Part shown: positions 18,455-27,995 of the stretch, piece by piece
Layout of the letters: each line of letters begins with the position of its first letter
How positions within the stretch are numbered: position 1 is the stretch's first letter
Made by a program: the position numbers and the translations under genes
Assembly (NCBI GenBank): GCA_037441385.1
Contig: JBBISH010000032.1
Location: 1-52,269 of the forward strand
DNA from: Myxococcales bacterium
GTDB taxonomy: Bacteria > Myxococcota_A > UBA9042
DNA length: 52,269 nucleotides
Reading direction: 5' to 3'
The notes under the pieces: model-generated
Database searches by the model: none
What the model saw: the letters and a program-made list of their open reading frames with translations, nothing else
Told to the model about the DNA's origin: nothing

Positions 18455-19222
18455 ATGCGCAGCTTTGGACGATATGCGTTTGTTGGCATCCTCGTGATGT
18501 CGGGCGGACTTGCACTAGGTCAGGGCCCGGCGGTGGCGGCCGAAAAGGCGCCCGCCGACAAGGGCGATGGCGGCAAAGCCAGCAAAACCGACAAGAAGGC
18601 CAAGGGCGACAAGGCGAGCGAGAAGGCCGCCGAGAAACCCGCAGAAGCCCCCGTAGATAAAGCCGAAAAGGTTGAAAAAGCCGAAGAGGGCGGTGCCAGC
18701 GCGGTGGCCGAGGCCGACGTCAAGTTGGGGCCGTTCCAGGCTCCGCCGCGGCCGTTCCCGTTCCCACTGCTCGGCGACGACCGCGCTCGCGAGGTCTTTG
18801 TCGATCGCGCCGGCAACTTGTACAAAGAGCGCCCGTACAGCGGCAACGTACCCGACTGGAACGCCACACCGCCGGCCGCCGCCGGGGGCCGCTGCAAGGT
18901 CGAGCCGCAGTCGCTGACGTGGGTTGGCTTCCAAAACAACGCCGATGGGTCGCGCGTGTACGTGCAAGTCGACAAGGGCGCGTGCGGCTACGTGTACCGG
19001 CCCGACGACCTGCACGTGGTCATCGACCTACCGCAAGTCACCGTCACTTCGGACAATTTCAAGCGCGAGATCCTGACCGGCGCCTTCCCCACCGCCATCG
19101 AGCAGGTTCGCGCCGAAGAAATCAGCGGCAAGGGCACGCGCATCGTCATCGTGCTGCGCGAGCACCGCCCGTACCTGTCGGCGCACCTGGGCAAGTACCT
19201 GTTCGTCGACGTCACGCGGTAG
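18455..19222 (+). CDS. Secreted protein with probable C-terminal AMIN-like domain
   Basis: Signal peptide, Lys/Ala/Glu linker, then a beta-rich domain (WVGFQ..SRVYVQ..VVIDLP..TRIVIVLR..YLFVDV). Confidence 0.7.
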   Translation: MRSFGRYAFVGILVMSGGLALGQGPAVAAEKAPADKGDGGKASKTDKKAKGDKASEKAAEKPAEAPVDKAEKVEKAEEGGASAVAEADVKLGPFQAPPRPFPFPLLGDDRAREVFVDRAGNLYKERPYSGNVPDWNATPPAAAGGRCKVEPQSLTWVGFQNNADGSRVYVQVDKGACGYVYRPDDLHVVIDLPQVTVTSDNFKREILTGAFPTAIEQVRAEEISGKGTRIVIVLREHRPYLSAHLGKYLFVDVTR

Positions 19223-19268
19223 GGCGGCTGGCCAAGTGGGCAGCGCAGGCACCGCGCAGGAAACGCAA

Positions 19269-20687
19269 ATGGCCGAAAAACCTGTGGACCTGCTTGGCGA
19301 CGCGGCCGAGCCCGCGCCGGTCCCGCCCAAAGCGCGGGCGCCGCGCGCCAAGAAGCCCAAGACCGTCGAGGCGGCCAGCGCGCCGCCCACCGAACCCGCG
19401 CCAGCGCCAGCCAAGCCCAAGCGAGCCCCGCGGACCGCCAAGGCCGCGGCGACGATGACGCTGCTCGACTTGGCCGAGGCGCCGGCCCCAGAGCCACTTC
19501 CGGCTCCCGATCTGGTCACGGTCCCGCTACCTGAACCTGTACCTGTACCTGTACCTGTACCTGTACCTGAACCCGTACCTGTACCTGCACCCGAACCTGC
19601 ACCCGAACCTGCACCCGAGCCCGCTGCGGCCCCGGTTGCCGCTTCAGAGCCGGCCCAGGCCCGCTACCCGCGTCGTGGCGCGCCCATGGAACCCGTGCAG
19701 CGACGTGTGCCGACGCCGATCAGCCGGCCGACCCCCGAGCCGCTGCGGGCGCCCGCTGCACCACCGCGCGCGGTGGACATGGCGGAACTGGCTGAACGCC
19801 AGCGCCAAGCCCGCGAACGCGCCCGGATGGGCGAGCGCGACGACCGGCCCCCGCCACGGCCCTCGCCAGCGCCGATCTCGATGCAAGAGCGGGCCCTGCG
19901 CAACCGCCCGCTGCGTGAAGAGGCGGCGCCGCGCCCGCTGCCGAGCGAGGACGCGCCTCGGCCCACCCCGGAGCGCCAGCCGAGCGACGGCCTACAGCGG
20001 GCCCTGGAGGTCAGCCGCCACAAACGCGATGCCGACGAAACTCCGCGCGCACCCATCGAAACCAGCGCTCCGGTGGGCCACGGCGGCGTGACCGTGGCGC
20101 TGGTCAGCCGCAACCACCAAGGGTTGGTGGCCAAAGCCCTGCAGCAGTGGCGGCAGGTCTTGAGCGGTACCGACGTGCGCTGGGCGCTGATCGACCTGGG
20201 CTCCACCGACGACAGCGTCGCAGAGGTCGAAGATTTCCCTGGGATTCGCCTGGTGCTGCGGCCGGGAGGTCTGGTCGAACCTGCCGCGACCTTGCAGGCG
20301 GCGCTGCAGCAGCTGACCGGCGACACGCTGGCGGTGGTCGACGTGCAGGCCCTGCCGGACCCGCTGCTCGGCGACCTGATTCGCCAGGTGCAAAGCGGCT
20401 GTCCTCTGGCGGTGGCGCCGCAGAAGCGGCCGGCGATGTTGGCCGTGTCGCGGACGGCTTGGGAGAAGCTGGGCGGCGTGCAAGTCCGCGATTGGCAAGC
20501 ATGGGCCGAGCAGAATGGCGGCCTGCAGCGCCTGGGCGGCGAGCGTGGTCCCGAGCTGGGGGCTTCGCTGGTCGCCGCGCTGTTCCCGCCGGCCAAGCCC
20601 AAGCGGTTCCAAGTGTTGCGCGATCTGCTGCCCCCGGGCCTGCGGCTGCGGCTGCGCCACTGGCGGACCTTCCTGCCCAAGCTCTAG
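19269..20687 (+). CDS. Pro-rich disordered protein with degenerate glycosyltransferase family 2-like C-terminal domain
   Basis: VTVALVSRN, LIDLGSTDDS and GDTLAVVDVQ match the GT2 N-terminal fold, but the DxD motif is broken. Confidence 0.75.
   Translation: MAEKPVDLLGDAAEPAPVPPKARAPRAKKPKTVEAASAPPTEPAPAPAKPKRAPRTAKAAATMTLLDLAEAPAPEPLPAPDLVTVPLPEPVPVPVPVPVPEPVPVPAPEPAPEPAPEPAAAPVAASEPAQARYPRRGAPMEPVQRRVPTPISRPTPEPLRAPAAPPRAVDMAELAERQRQARERARMGERDDRPPPRPSPAPISMQERALRNRPLREEAAPRPLPSEDAPRPTPERQPSDGLQRALEVSRHKRDADETPRAPIETSAPVGHGGVTVALVSRNHQGLVAKALQQWRQVLSGTDVRWALIDLGSTDDSVAEVEDFPGIRLVLRPGGLVEPAATLQAALQQLTGDTLAVVDVQALPDPLLGDLIRQVQSGCPLAVAPQKRPAMLAVSRTAWEKLGGVQVRDWQAWAEQNGGLQRLGGERGPELGASLVAALFPPAKPKRFQVLRDLLPPGLRLRLRHWRTFLPKL
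19530..19619 (+). repeat. In-frame hexanucleotide microsatellite encoding (P-V/E/A)15
   Basis: 15 CCYGHR units, including 5 consecutive perfect CCTGTA (19536-19565). Confidence 0.95.
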
Positions 20688-20690
20688 CGG

Positions 20691-23600
20691 TCAGGTGCGC
20701 CCCAGGATCCGTCGCCGGCCGCTCTGCCGCGGCGGTTCCAGACGGGCGAGCGGTGCGGGCAGGGTCGGCGGCCCCTCGGCCTGCACATCGACAGTAACCG
20801 CGCCGGGGTGGCGCGCCATCTTGAGCAGCCCGCGCAGCGCCTCTTGGGTCGCCAGCACGGGCGCCTCCTGCTCGGCCCGAGTCCACGCCCGCGCCAGCAC
20901 CATATCGGGCGACAGACGCCACGGCGTGCCCTTGGCATTGATTAGCGGAAGCAACAGCTCGGGCTGCAGCAGGCCCTTCTCGTGCAATGTCAGCGCGATG
21001 CCTGACGGGCCCTGCTCCACCTTCTCCAGGCCCAATTGCAGCGCCAGCACGCGGATCTGCAGCGTCTCGACCAGGTTCTGCGCCGGCTCGGGCAGGCGCC
21101 CGTAGCGATCGGCCAGCAGCCGCACCGCCGCGTCCAGTTCGTCGTCGTCGCGCACCGCCGCCAGCCGCTTGTAGGCCATCAGCCGCTGATTGGGATCGGC
21201 AATGTACGTATCCGACAAATAGGCGGTGATCGTGGTCTTGATCTCGGGGTCGACCGGCGCGCCCAGCTCTTGCCCGCGCAGCTCGGCCACCGCCTCTTCC
21301 AGCAGCTTTACGTACAGGTCGTAGCCGATCTCGGCGATGTGACCGGTCTGTTCTTCGCCCAGCAGATTGCCGGCGCCGCGGATCTCCAGATCGTGGCTGG
21401 CGATGTGCACGCCCGAGCCCAGCTCGCTGAAGCGCTCCAGCACCGCCACCCGCTGCAGCCCCTCTTTGGTCATGTGCTCGCGCTCGGGGACCATCAGGTA
21501 GCACCAAGCGCGCAGGTTCGACCGCCCCACCCGGCCACGCAGCTGATAAAGCTGGGCCAATCCAAAGGAATCAGCGCGCTCGATGAACATCGTGTTGGCG
21601 CTGGGGATGTCCAGCCCCGACTCGACGATGGTCGTGGTCACCAGCACGTTGGCCTGCTTCTGCATGAAGGACAGCATCGCGTCCTCCAGCTCTTGCTCGC
21701 TCTGCTGGCCGTGGGCGATCACCGGCTTGACCCCAGGGCAGATCTGCTGCAGGTGCGCGGCGATCTCGGGCAGGCGCTTGATGCGGTTGCAGATGTAGAA
21801 CACCTGGCCGCCGCGGCTCAATTCCCGTTCCAACGCCTCTTGCAGCACTTCGTCGGTACCGCGGCACACCAGCGTGCGGACCGACTTGCGATTTTCGGGG
21901 GGCGTGGCGATGAGCGACAGGTCGCGCAGCCCCAAGGTAGCCAGCTGCAGCGTGCGCGGGATCGGCGTGGCCGACAGCGTGAGGCAGTCCACCGTGGCCT
22001 TCCACTTCTTGATGCCCTCTTTGTGCCCCACGCCAAAGCGATGCTCTTCGTCGATGATGAGCAGGCCCAGGTCGCGGAACTGAATGTCTTTGCTCAGCAA
22101 GCGGTGGGTACCGACCACGATGTCGACCTCGCCGCTGGCCAGACCGGCCACGATGTCGCGCTGTTCGACGGGGCTGCGAAAGCGCGACAGCGACTCGATC
22201 TTCAGCGGCAGCGACCGGCAGCGCTCGGCGAACGTCAGGCGGTGCTGCTCGGCCAGCACGGTCGTGGGGACCAGCACCGCCACCTGCTTGCCATCCAGAG
22301 CCGCCTTGACGGCCGCGCGGATCGCCACCTCGGTCTTGCCATAGCCCACATCGCCGCACACGAGCCGGTCGGTCGGCCGCGGCAGCTGCAGGTCCAGCAG
22401 CACGTCGTCGATCGCGCGCGCCTGATCGACCGTCTCTTCCCACGGGAAGCTGGCCTCCCACTCGCGAAACACTTCGTCGGGCGGCGAAAACGCGTGTCCC
22501 GGCCGCGCCTGCCGCTCGGCGTACAATTTCACCAGGTGCTGGGCGACCTCGGCCACCGCCTTCTTGCCGCGCGCCTTGGCCTTTTGCCAGCGGTCGTGGC
22601 CCAGGCGATCCAGCTGCGGGCGCGCCGCGCCCTCTTCCTCGTCGCTCGCCTTGTACTTCTGGACGCGCTCCAGGTTGGCGACCGGCACGTACAGGCGCTG
22701 GTCGTCCTTGTAGACCAGCAGCAAGAAGTCTTGCTCGCAGCCGCCGATCTCCATGCGCTGCAGGGCCACGTAGCGGCCGATGCCGTGGTCCACATGCACC
22801 ACGTAGTCGCCTTCGGCCAGCTCGCTGATGTCGCGCAGGCCGCGGTGACCCTGCTTACTGCGTCGGGTCCGATCCGGCTTGTGCGACTTTTGGCCAAAGA
22901 CCTCGTCCTCGTCGACCACCAGCAGGTGCAGCGCCTCGATGTGGTAGCCCTCGCCCGAGCCGCCCAGCACCAGCAGCGCGTCCAGGTCGCGGCGGTTGCG
23001 CAGCGACTCCACGTCCGCGGGCTTGAGCGGCCCCTGGTGCAGCTCGGTGCCGATGCCGTAGTGGCGCAAAATGGCTTGCAGGCGCTGACGACCGCCTTCG
23101 CTGTGGGCGGCGATGACCACCAATTCCTTCAGCTTCCGGGCCTGGTGGATGCGCTGCACCAGCGGGCGCAGGCCCTCGTCCTGGCCGCGCGCCTGCCGCA
23201 ATTCCTCTTGCACGGCGCGGTTGTTGCCCACATCCAGCTGGAAAGTGGGCACCGTGCGGCTCTCTTCCAACAGCGCGAACGGCCGCACCAGCAGCTGCGG
23301 AAAGCTGCGGAGCTGGCGCTCGATCTCGGCGGGCTCGCAAAAAATCTCGGCGGGACTGTAGCCGAGCCGCTTGTTCTCGCGGGCTTGCTGGGCATGTTCG
23401 GCGTGGCGGGCATAGGCCACTCGCAGCGCTTGGTAGACGGCGTCGGGGTTGTCCAGCACCACCAGCGGCCGCTCGCTGCCGGCGTTCGGCGCCAGCTCCA
23501 GCACCGTGTGGCGCTCGGGCGCGATCCCGGCGACCAGCGCCTCCATGCCTGGGACCACGTGCCCGGCGCGCAATTCGTCCAGAATCGTGCGCAGCTCCAC

Positions 23601-24386
23601 GTTGCCCACGTCTTGGTGGTCGGCCAGGTCGGTCAGCGCCGCCACGATGCCGGGCAGCCGCGGCGGATCCAGCAGCAGTTCGCGGGCTGGCGGCAGGATC
23701 AGGTCCAACAGCGCGCCGCCGGCGTCGGTCTCTTGGGTCTCGACGTCGAAGAAGTGGATGCGGGCAACATCGTCGCCCTCCAGGTCCAGCCGCGTCGGTC
23801 GGTCGTAGAGCGGGCTCCACACGTCCAAGCCGCCGCCGCGCAAGCAGAACGTGCCGGCGTCTTCGACCACGGGGACGCGCTCGTAGCCGCCCGCGAGCAG
23901 CTGTTCCACCACCTCGACCCGGTCGAAATTGCTGCCCACCGAGGCAAGCACCGTAGTCCGATCCAGCACTTGCGCGGCCAGGCTCCGCTGCAGCAGCCCC
24001 GCCGCCGTCACCACCACCGCGGCCACGCCCAGTCCCAAGTTCAGCCGGTAGCCCGCCGCCAGCCGGCGCATGACCACCGCCCGCAACGGCGCCAGCTCTT
24101 GCCAGGGCGACACGTCGTTCTCTTGCCAGGTCAGCACCGGCGGCAGGCCGGGCCACAGCTCCTCTTCAAAGGTCTGCAGGCCCTCGATCATGGCGCGCGC
24201 CCGCGCCGCATCGGGCACCACCACCAGCAGCGGGCACTTCAGGCGGTGGCGCAAGGCGGCCAGCACAAAGGGCACCACATTGGCCTCGGCCGCGGCCAAG
24301 ACCGTTTGCGGCGCCTCGTGTTCCAGCGACAGCCGCAGCCCCTCGAAGTCAAAGCGGCGGGTCGCGACGGGATCGTGCAAAGCCAT
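20691..24386 (-). CDS. mfd: Transcription-repair coupling factor
   Basis: GDYVVHVDHGIGRY (RNAP-interaction domain), CGDVGYGKTEVA, DEEHRFGV, SATPIPRT, QLRGRVGR, DLEIRGAGNLLG. Confidence 0.98.
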   Translation of the reverse strand: MALHDPVATRRFDFEGLRLSLEHEAPQTVLAAAEANVVPFVLAALRHRLKCPLLVVVPDAARARAMIEGLQTFEEELWPGLPPVLTWQENDVSPWQELAPLRAVVMRRLAAGYRLNLGLGVAAVVVTAAGLLQRSLAAQVLDRTTVLASVGSNFDRVEVVEQLLAGGYERVPVVEDAGTFCLRGGGLDVWSPLYDRPTRLDLEGDDVARIHFFDVETQETDAGGALLDLILPPARELLLDPPRLPGIVAALTDLADHQDVGNVELRTILDELRAGHVVPGMEALVAGIAPERHTVLELAPNAGSERPLVVLDNPDAVYQALRVAYARHAEHAQQARENKRLGYSPAEIFCEPAEIERQLRSFPQLLVRPFALLEESRTVPTFQLDVGNNRAVQEELRQARGQDEGLRPLVQRIHQARKLKELVVIAAHSEGGRQRLQAILRHYGIGTELHQGPLKPADVESLRNRRDLDALLVLGGSGEGYHIEALHLLVVDEDEVFGQKSHKPDRTRRSKQGHRGLRDISELAEGDYVVHVDHGIGRYVALQRMEIGGCEQDFLLLVYKDDQRLYVPVANLERVQKYKASDEEEGAARPQLDRLGHDRWQKAKARGKKAVAEVAQHLVKLYAERQARPGHAFSPPDEVFREWEASFPWEETVDQARAIDDVLLDLQLPRPTDRLVCGDVGYGKTEVAIRAAVKAALDGKQVAVLVPTTVLAEQHRLTFAERCRSLPLKIESLSRFRSPVEQRDIVAGLASGEVDIVVGTHRLLSKDIQFRDLGLLIIDEEHRFGVGHKEGIKKWKATVDCLTLSATPIPRTLQLATLGLRDLSLIATPPENRKSVRTLVCRGTDEVLQEALERELSRGGQVFYICNRIKRLPEIAAHLQQICPGVKPVIAHGQQSEQELEDAMLSFMQKQANVLVTTTIVESGLDIPSANTMFIERADSFGLAQLYQLRGRVGRSNLRAWCYLMVPEREHMTKEGLQRVAVLERFSELGSGVHIASHDLEIRGAGNLLGEEQTGHIAEIGYDLYVKLLEEAVAELRGQELGAPVDPEIKTTITAYLSDTYIADPNQRLMAYKRLAAVRDDDELDAAVRLLADRYGRLPEPAQNLVETLQIRVLALQLGLEKVEQGPSGIALTLHEKGLLQPELLLPLINAKGTPWRLSPDMVLARAWTRAEQEAPVLATQEALRGLLKMARHPGAVTVDVQAEGPPTLPAPLARLEPPRQSGRRRILGRT

Positions 24387-24398
24387 GCTCGGCCGCTC

Positions 24399-26444
24399 CT
24401 ACCAGATCGTAAAGAGCCGCGCGCCCTCGGCAAACATCGGTTCGCCGGGCTTGCAGCCAAAGGCCTTGGCAAAGGCCGGCAGGGCCGCCACCGGGCCGTT
24501 GACGCGGAACCGCTCGGGCGAGTGCACGTCGGCGCGGATGCGCACCTTCAGCCACTCGTCGCGGATGTTGCTGCGCCAGCTCTGGGCAAAGGCCATAAAG
24601 AACTCGCGCGCTTGCGCCTCGCTGACCGTCTGCTTGGGCAGCGCCAGCTGCAGCGCCAGGTAGGCCATCTTCAGGCCGGCGATGTCGGCCATGTTCTCGC
24701 CCAGGGTCTGCTCGCCGCGCACGGGCACACCGGGCAGCGCTTGGTACGCGTCGTACTGCGCCACCACCTGCTTGGTCATTTTGTCATAGGCGGCGCGGTC
24801 TTCCTTGGTCCACCAGGTGCGCAGATTGCCGGCGGCGTCGTACTGGCTGCCCTGGTCGTCCAGCATGTGCATCAGCTCGTGGCCGATGGTCGACGCCAGC
24901 CCACCGTAGTTGGTAGCCTCGCTGGCCTGCAGATCCAACAGCGGCGGCTGCAAGATGCCGGCGGTCAGCACGATGGTGTTGGTGGTGGGGTCGTAGTAGG
25001 CGTTGTTGGTCTGCGCCGCCAGGTACCACTCCTTCTTGTCCACCGGCTTACCCAGCTTGGCCAACTGCCGCCGGACCTCAAAGGCCTGGCCCTGCAGCAC
25101 GTTGTGCAAGTAGCCGTCGCGCTTGAGCTCCATCGAGTGGTAGTCGCGCCACTTGTCGGGGTAGCCCACCTCGGCGGCCAGCGTGTCCACCTTGTGCAGC
25201 GCCTCTTTGCGGGTCGCCTCGCCCATCCAGGTCAGGCCCTGCACTTGTTGGCGCAGCGCCTGCTTGTGGAACTCAATCATCTCCGTAACTTTCTTCTTGG
25301 CCGCGGGCGGAAACAGCCGCTCGACATACGCTCGCCCCAGGTCGTCGCCCAGCGCGCGGTCCACCGCCTTCAGCACCCGCTTCCAGCGCGGCGCCTGCGC
25401 GGTCTTGCCCGCCAACACCTTGCCGTAGAACGCAAAATCCAGCTCGTCCAAGGCTGGCGGCCCGTACGAGGCCATCGCCCGCAGCACGTTCCACCGCAGA
25501 TACGCTTGCCAGGTCGCGAGCGGCTGCTGCTTGCTCAGCTTGGCCAGCGCCTGGATGAACTCGGTCTGCCCCACCAGCAACGTGGTCTCGCTCGCTGGCA
25601 CGCCTACCGCTGCCATATAGCCCGTCCAATCCAATTCCGGCGCCAGCTTTTGCAATTCTGCCCGCGTCAGCTTGTGATAGTTGGCCTCGGGGTCGCGCAA
25701 CTGCACCATGGTCTTGCTGGCCGCGGCCAGCGCCGTCTCCAGCGCCAGCACCGCGTCCGCGTTTCTAGCCGCCACTTCCGTAGCGTCGCCAGCCAGTTGC
25801 AGGGTCTTTTGCACGTGGTCGCGGTACTGGGCGATCAGCTTCTTGCCGGCCTCGTCGGTGGCCAGGTAGTCGTCGCGCTCGGGCAGGCCCAGGCCGCCCT
25901 GGAAGAACTGCAAGGCGTTGTTGGCGCTGTTCTTGTCGTCGGCCGCCACCCACACCACAAAGCCTGGGCGGATCCCCAGCTTGTGCAGGCGACCGATCGC
26001 CGCGCCCAGCTGCTCCGAGCTCTTCAAACTGGCGATGTCCTTGAAGATTTCTGCGAGCGGCTGCAACCCGGACTTGGCGATCGCGGCGGTGTCCAGGCCG
26101 CTCGCATAAAACGTGCCAAGCCGCTGCAGCCACGGCGACGACTCGCGCTGCTGCTGGGCGTGCTCCAAAATAGTTTTCTGGACCAACCAGTTGCGCTCGT
26201 CCATCTCTTCGCTGACGCCGTACGAGGCGCGCTCGGCCGGGATCGGCACGGCCGCAAACGCCCCGGTGGCGTGACCAAAAAAGTCCTTGCACGCCTGGAT
26301 CTTCGCGTCGATGTAGGCGCTCGGCGGCAAGATCGCCGGCCCGGGCGCTTCGCCGGCATGCAGCGGGTTCGCCGCCAACAGGCCCGCAAACAGGCCCGCA
26401 AACAGGCCAAGATTCCAAGTCGTACGCGCAATCCACGTAGCCAT
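24399..26444 (-). CDS. M13 (neprilysin/PepO) family zinc metallopeptidase, secreted
   Basis: NNAYY, GHELMH (HExxH), GENMAD, HSPERFRVNG; signal peptide. Confidence 0.95.
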   Translation of the reverse strand: MATWIARTTWNLGLFAGLFAGLLAANPLHAGEAPGPAILPPSAYIDAKIQACKDFFGHATGAFAAVPIPAERASYGVSEEMDERNWLVQKTILEHAQQQRESSPWLQRLGTFYASGLDTAAIAKSGLQPLAEIFKDIASLKSSEQLGAAIGRLHKLGIRPGFVVWVAADDKNSANNALQFFQGGLGLPERDDYLATDEAGKKLIAQYRDHVQKTLQLAGDATEVAARNADAVLALETALAAASKTMVQLRDPEANYHKLTRAELQKLAPELDWTGYMAAVGVPASETTLLVGQTEFIQALAKLSKQQPLATWQAYLRWNVLRAMASYGPPALDELDFAFYGKVLAGKTAQAPRWKRVLKAVDRALGDDLGRAYVERLFPPAAKKKVTEMIEFHKQALRQQVQGLTWMGEATRKEALHKVDTLAAEVGYPDKWRDYHSMELKRDGYLHNVLQGQAFEVRRQLAKLGKPVDKKEWYLAAQTNNAYYDPTTNTIVLTAGILQPPLLDLQASEATNYGGLASTIGHELMHMLDDQGSQYDAAGNLRTWWTKEDRAAYDKMTKQVVAQYDAYQALPGVPVRGEQTLGENMADIAGLKMAYLALQLALPKQTVSEAQAREFFMAFAQSWRSNIRDEWLKVRIRADVHSPERFRVNGPVAALPAFAKAFGCKPGEPMFAEGARLFTIW
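26377..26408 (-). repeat. 12-bp tandem repeat (about 2.7 copies) in the signal-peptide coding region
   Basis: AACAGGCCCGCA x2 plus AACAGGCC, encoding GLFAGLFAGLL. Confidence 0.85.
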
Positions 26445-26483
26445 CGCTGCTCCTTGCTCGGGGTGGGGCGACCGGGTAGGGGT

Positions 26484-26939
26484 CTACTTCTTCAGCGCAC
26501 GCAGCGCCGCGATCGCCTCGCCGATGTGGGCCGTGGCGCGCAAGTGCGAGTCAAACGTCAGCACAATGATCCCTTGCTGATTCACAACATACGTGACGCG
26601 CCCGCGGAGCAGCCCCAGCGTTGGCGTCACGCCGTAGGCGCGGTGCACCGCGTTGTCCACGTCGGCCAGCAGGCGGAACGGTAGGCGGTGGTGCTGGGCA
26701 AAGGCCTTGTGGACCTCGACCGAGTCGTCGCTGATGCCCAGGACCTCGGCGCCCACATCCTGGAAAGCCGCATAATCGTCGCGGAACTTGCAGGCCTGCG
26801 CCGTGCAGCCCGGCGTCTCATCGCGCGGATAGAAATAGACCACCGCCGGGCCTCGGGCCAAAATTGCTTGCAGATTCTGGGGATTGCCGTCTTGATCGGG
26901 CAGCGTAAAGTCGGGCGCCCGCTGCCCTTTTGCCAACAT
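26484..26939 (-). CDS. bcp: Peroxiredoxin BCP/PrxQ
   Basis: APDFTLPDQDG, YFYPRDETPGCTAQAC (PxxxTxxC with resolving Cys), GRVTYVV; alternative start at 26954. Confidence 0.93.
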   Translation of the reverse strand: MLAKGQRAPDFTLPDQDGNPQNLQAILARGPAVVYFYPRDETPGCTAQACKFRDDYAAFQDVGAEVLGISDDSVEVHKAFAQHHRLPFRLLADVDNAVHRAYGVTPTLGLLRGRVTYVVNQQGIIVLTFDSHLRATAHIGEAIAALRALKK

Positions 26940-26989
26940 CTTGCCCCCAAACATGCCCGTTTCCCTGACCGGACGCCGCCGGGGCGCGC

Positions 26990-27018
26990 AGTCTACGCGC
27001 AGCCGGATCAGACGGCAA
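26990..27018 (-). promoter_or_regulatory. Putative sigma70 promoter of bcp
   Basis: TTGCCG-N17-TAGACT. Confidence 0.55.
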
Positions 27019-27140
27019 ACCACAACTATTTCATTCGTTTGACGGCTAGCCCGCTGAATCCCGTCGCGCCGCGCCGCGTTGGAGCAGGCGGCGACTTGCC
27101 GAGCGCCGCGAAAACTTGGATGCTGCCCGCGAGGTGTACG

Positions 27141-27989
27141 ATGCTGCGTTGGAACCGAGGTCCGCTTCCGCTCTTGCTGCTGGCCCCCATGGTCGCCCTG
27201 ATGCTGAGTCAGAGCGGCTGCGAAATTCTGCAACAGGTCGCGGAACAAAACGCCGCGAGCCAGACCCCGGCGCAGATGCCCACCGTGACCTACCAAGACG
27301 CCATCTTGGTCGAGTCGCCCTCCAAGACCATGATGGCGGCCTACTACTGCCCGCAGTTGGTCCCCGACCCTACCGGGCTGCTGTGCATGGGCTTCTTTGG
27401 CGTGCCACCCAGCCCGGCGCAGATGCGCGTGTCGTTTGACCTGCGCTTCAAGGTGCAGAATCCCAATCACTTCCCGATTCCGGTGGCCGAACTGCTGGCC
27501 GCCACGGTCGTGTTCCCGGACAAGACCAACCAGAGCTTGGGCGCGGCCTGCATCGCGTTTTGCGGAGCGGATCAGCCGGGTTGCACGGGTCAGCCCGGCC
27601 CGGGCGCCTGCGTCTCCAAGTCCACGGACATCAAAAGCGCCAACGACTTTGCCAACGCCGCCGCCGGCTTCCTGATCGCTTCGGGTGTCAGCTACTTGGC
27701 GGGCGGCAAGCCCAGCTTCGTCATGCCGCAAGTGGTCAAAGACGGCGAGATCGTGGTCACGGCGCGCTTCTCGTTTGGACCCGAGGCGTTGCTCGGCGTG
27801 CTCAAGCAGTTGGCCCAGCAAGCCGTGGACCAGTACGCGGCGGGCAAGACCGTCGAATTCATCATCCCGTACCGCATCGAGGGCGGCGTCTGGTTCGACG
27901 TGGGCTCGCTGGGTCGGGTGGCGCTGGGCTACGGCCCCGTGGACGGCACCTGGACCATCCCGGCCGACCAGATCATCCCCAAGCAATAA
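27141..27989 (+). CDS. Lipoprotein with LEA_2/WHy-like domain and Cys-rich insertions
   Basis: GAGG RBS, signal ending in SGC, FDLRFKVQNPNHFPIPV (NPN motif), IPYRIEGGVWFD. Confidence 0.75.
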   Translation: MLRWNRGPLPLLLLAPMVALMLSQSGCEILQQVAEQNAASQTPAQMPTVTYQDAILVESPSKTMMAAYYCPQLVPDPTGLLCMGFFGVPPSPAQMRVSFDLRFKVQNPNHFPIPVAELLAATVVFPDKTNQSLGAACIAFCGADQPGCTGQPGPGACVSKSTDIKSANDFANAAAGFLIASGVSYLAGGKPSFVMPQVVKDGEIVVTARFSFGPEALLGVLKQLAQQAVDQYAAGKTVEFIIPYRIEGGVWFDVGSLGRVALGYGPVDGTWTIPADQIIPKQ

Positions 27990-27995
27990 ACCGAC

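Noticed and set aside
21036..26684. 1882-aa plus-strand ORF and similar long ORFs (e.g. 1125-2531, 37925-39871, 41324-43360, 46689-48899)
   Set aside because: Antisense in-register shadows of mfd/M13, mutS, cysS, asnB and others, typical of high-GC DNA; no motifs of their own
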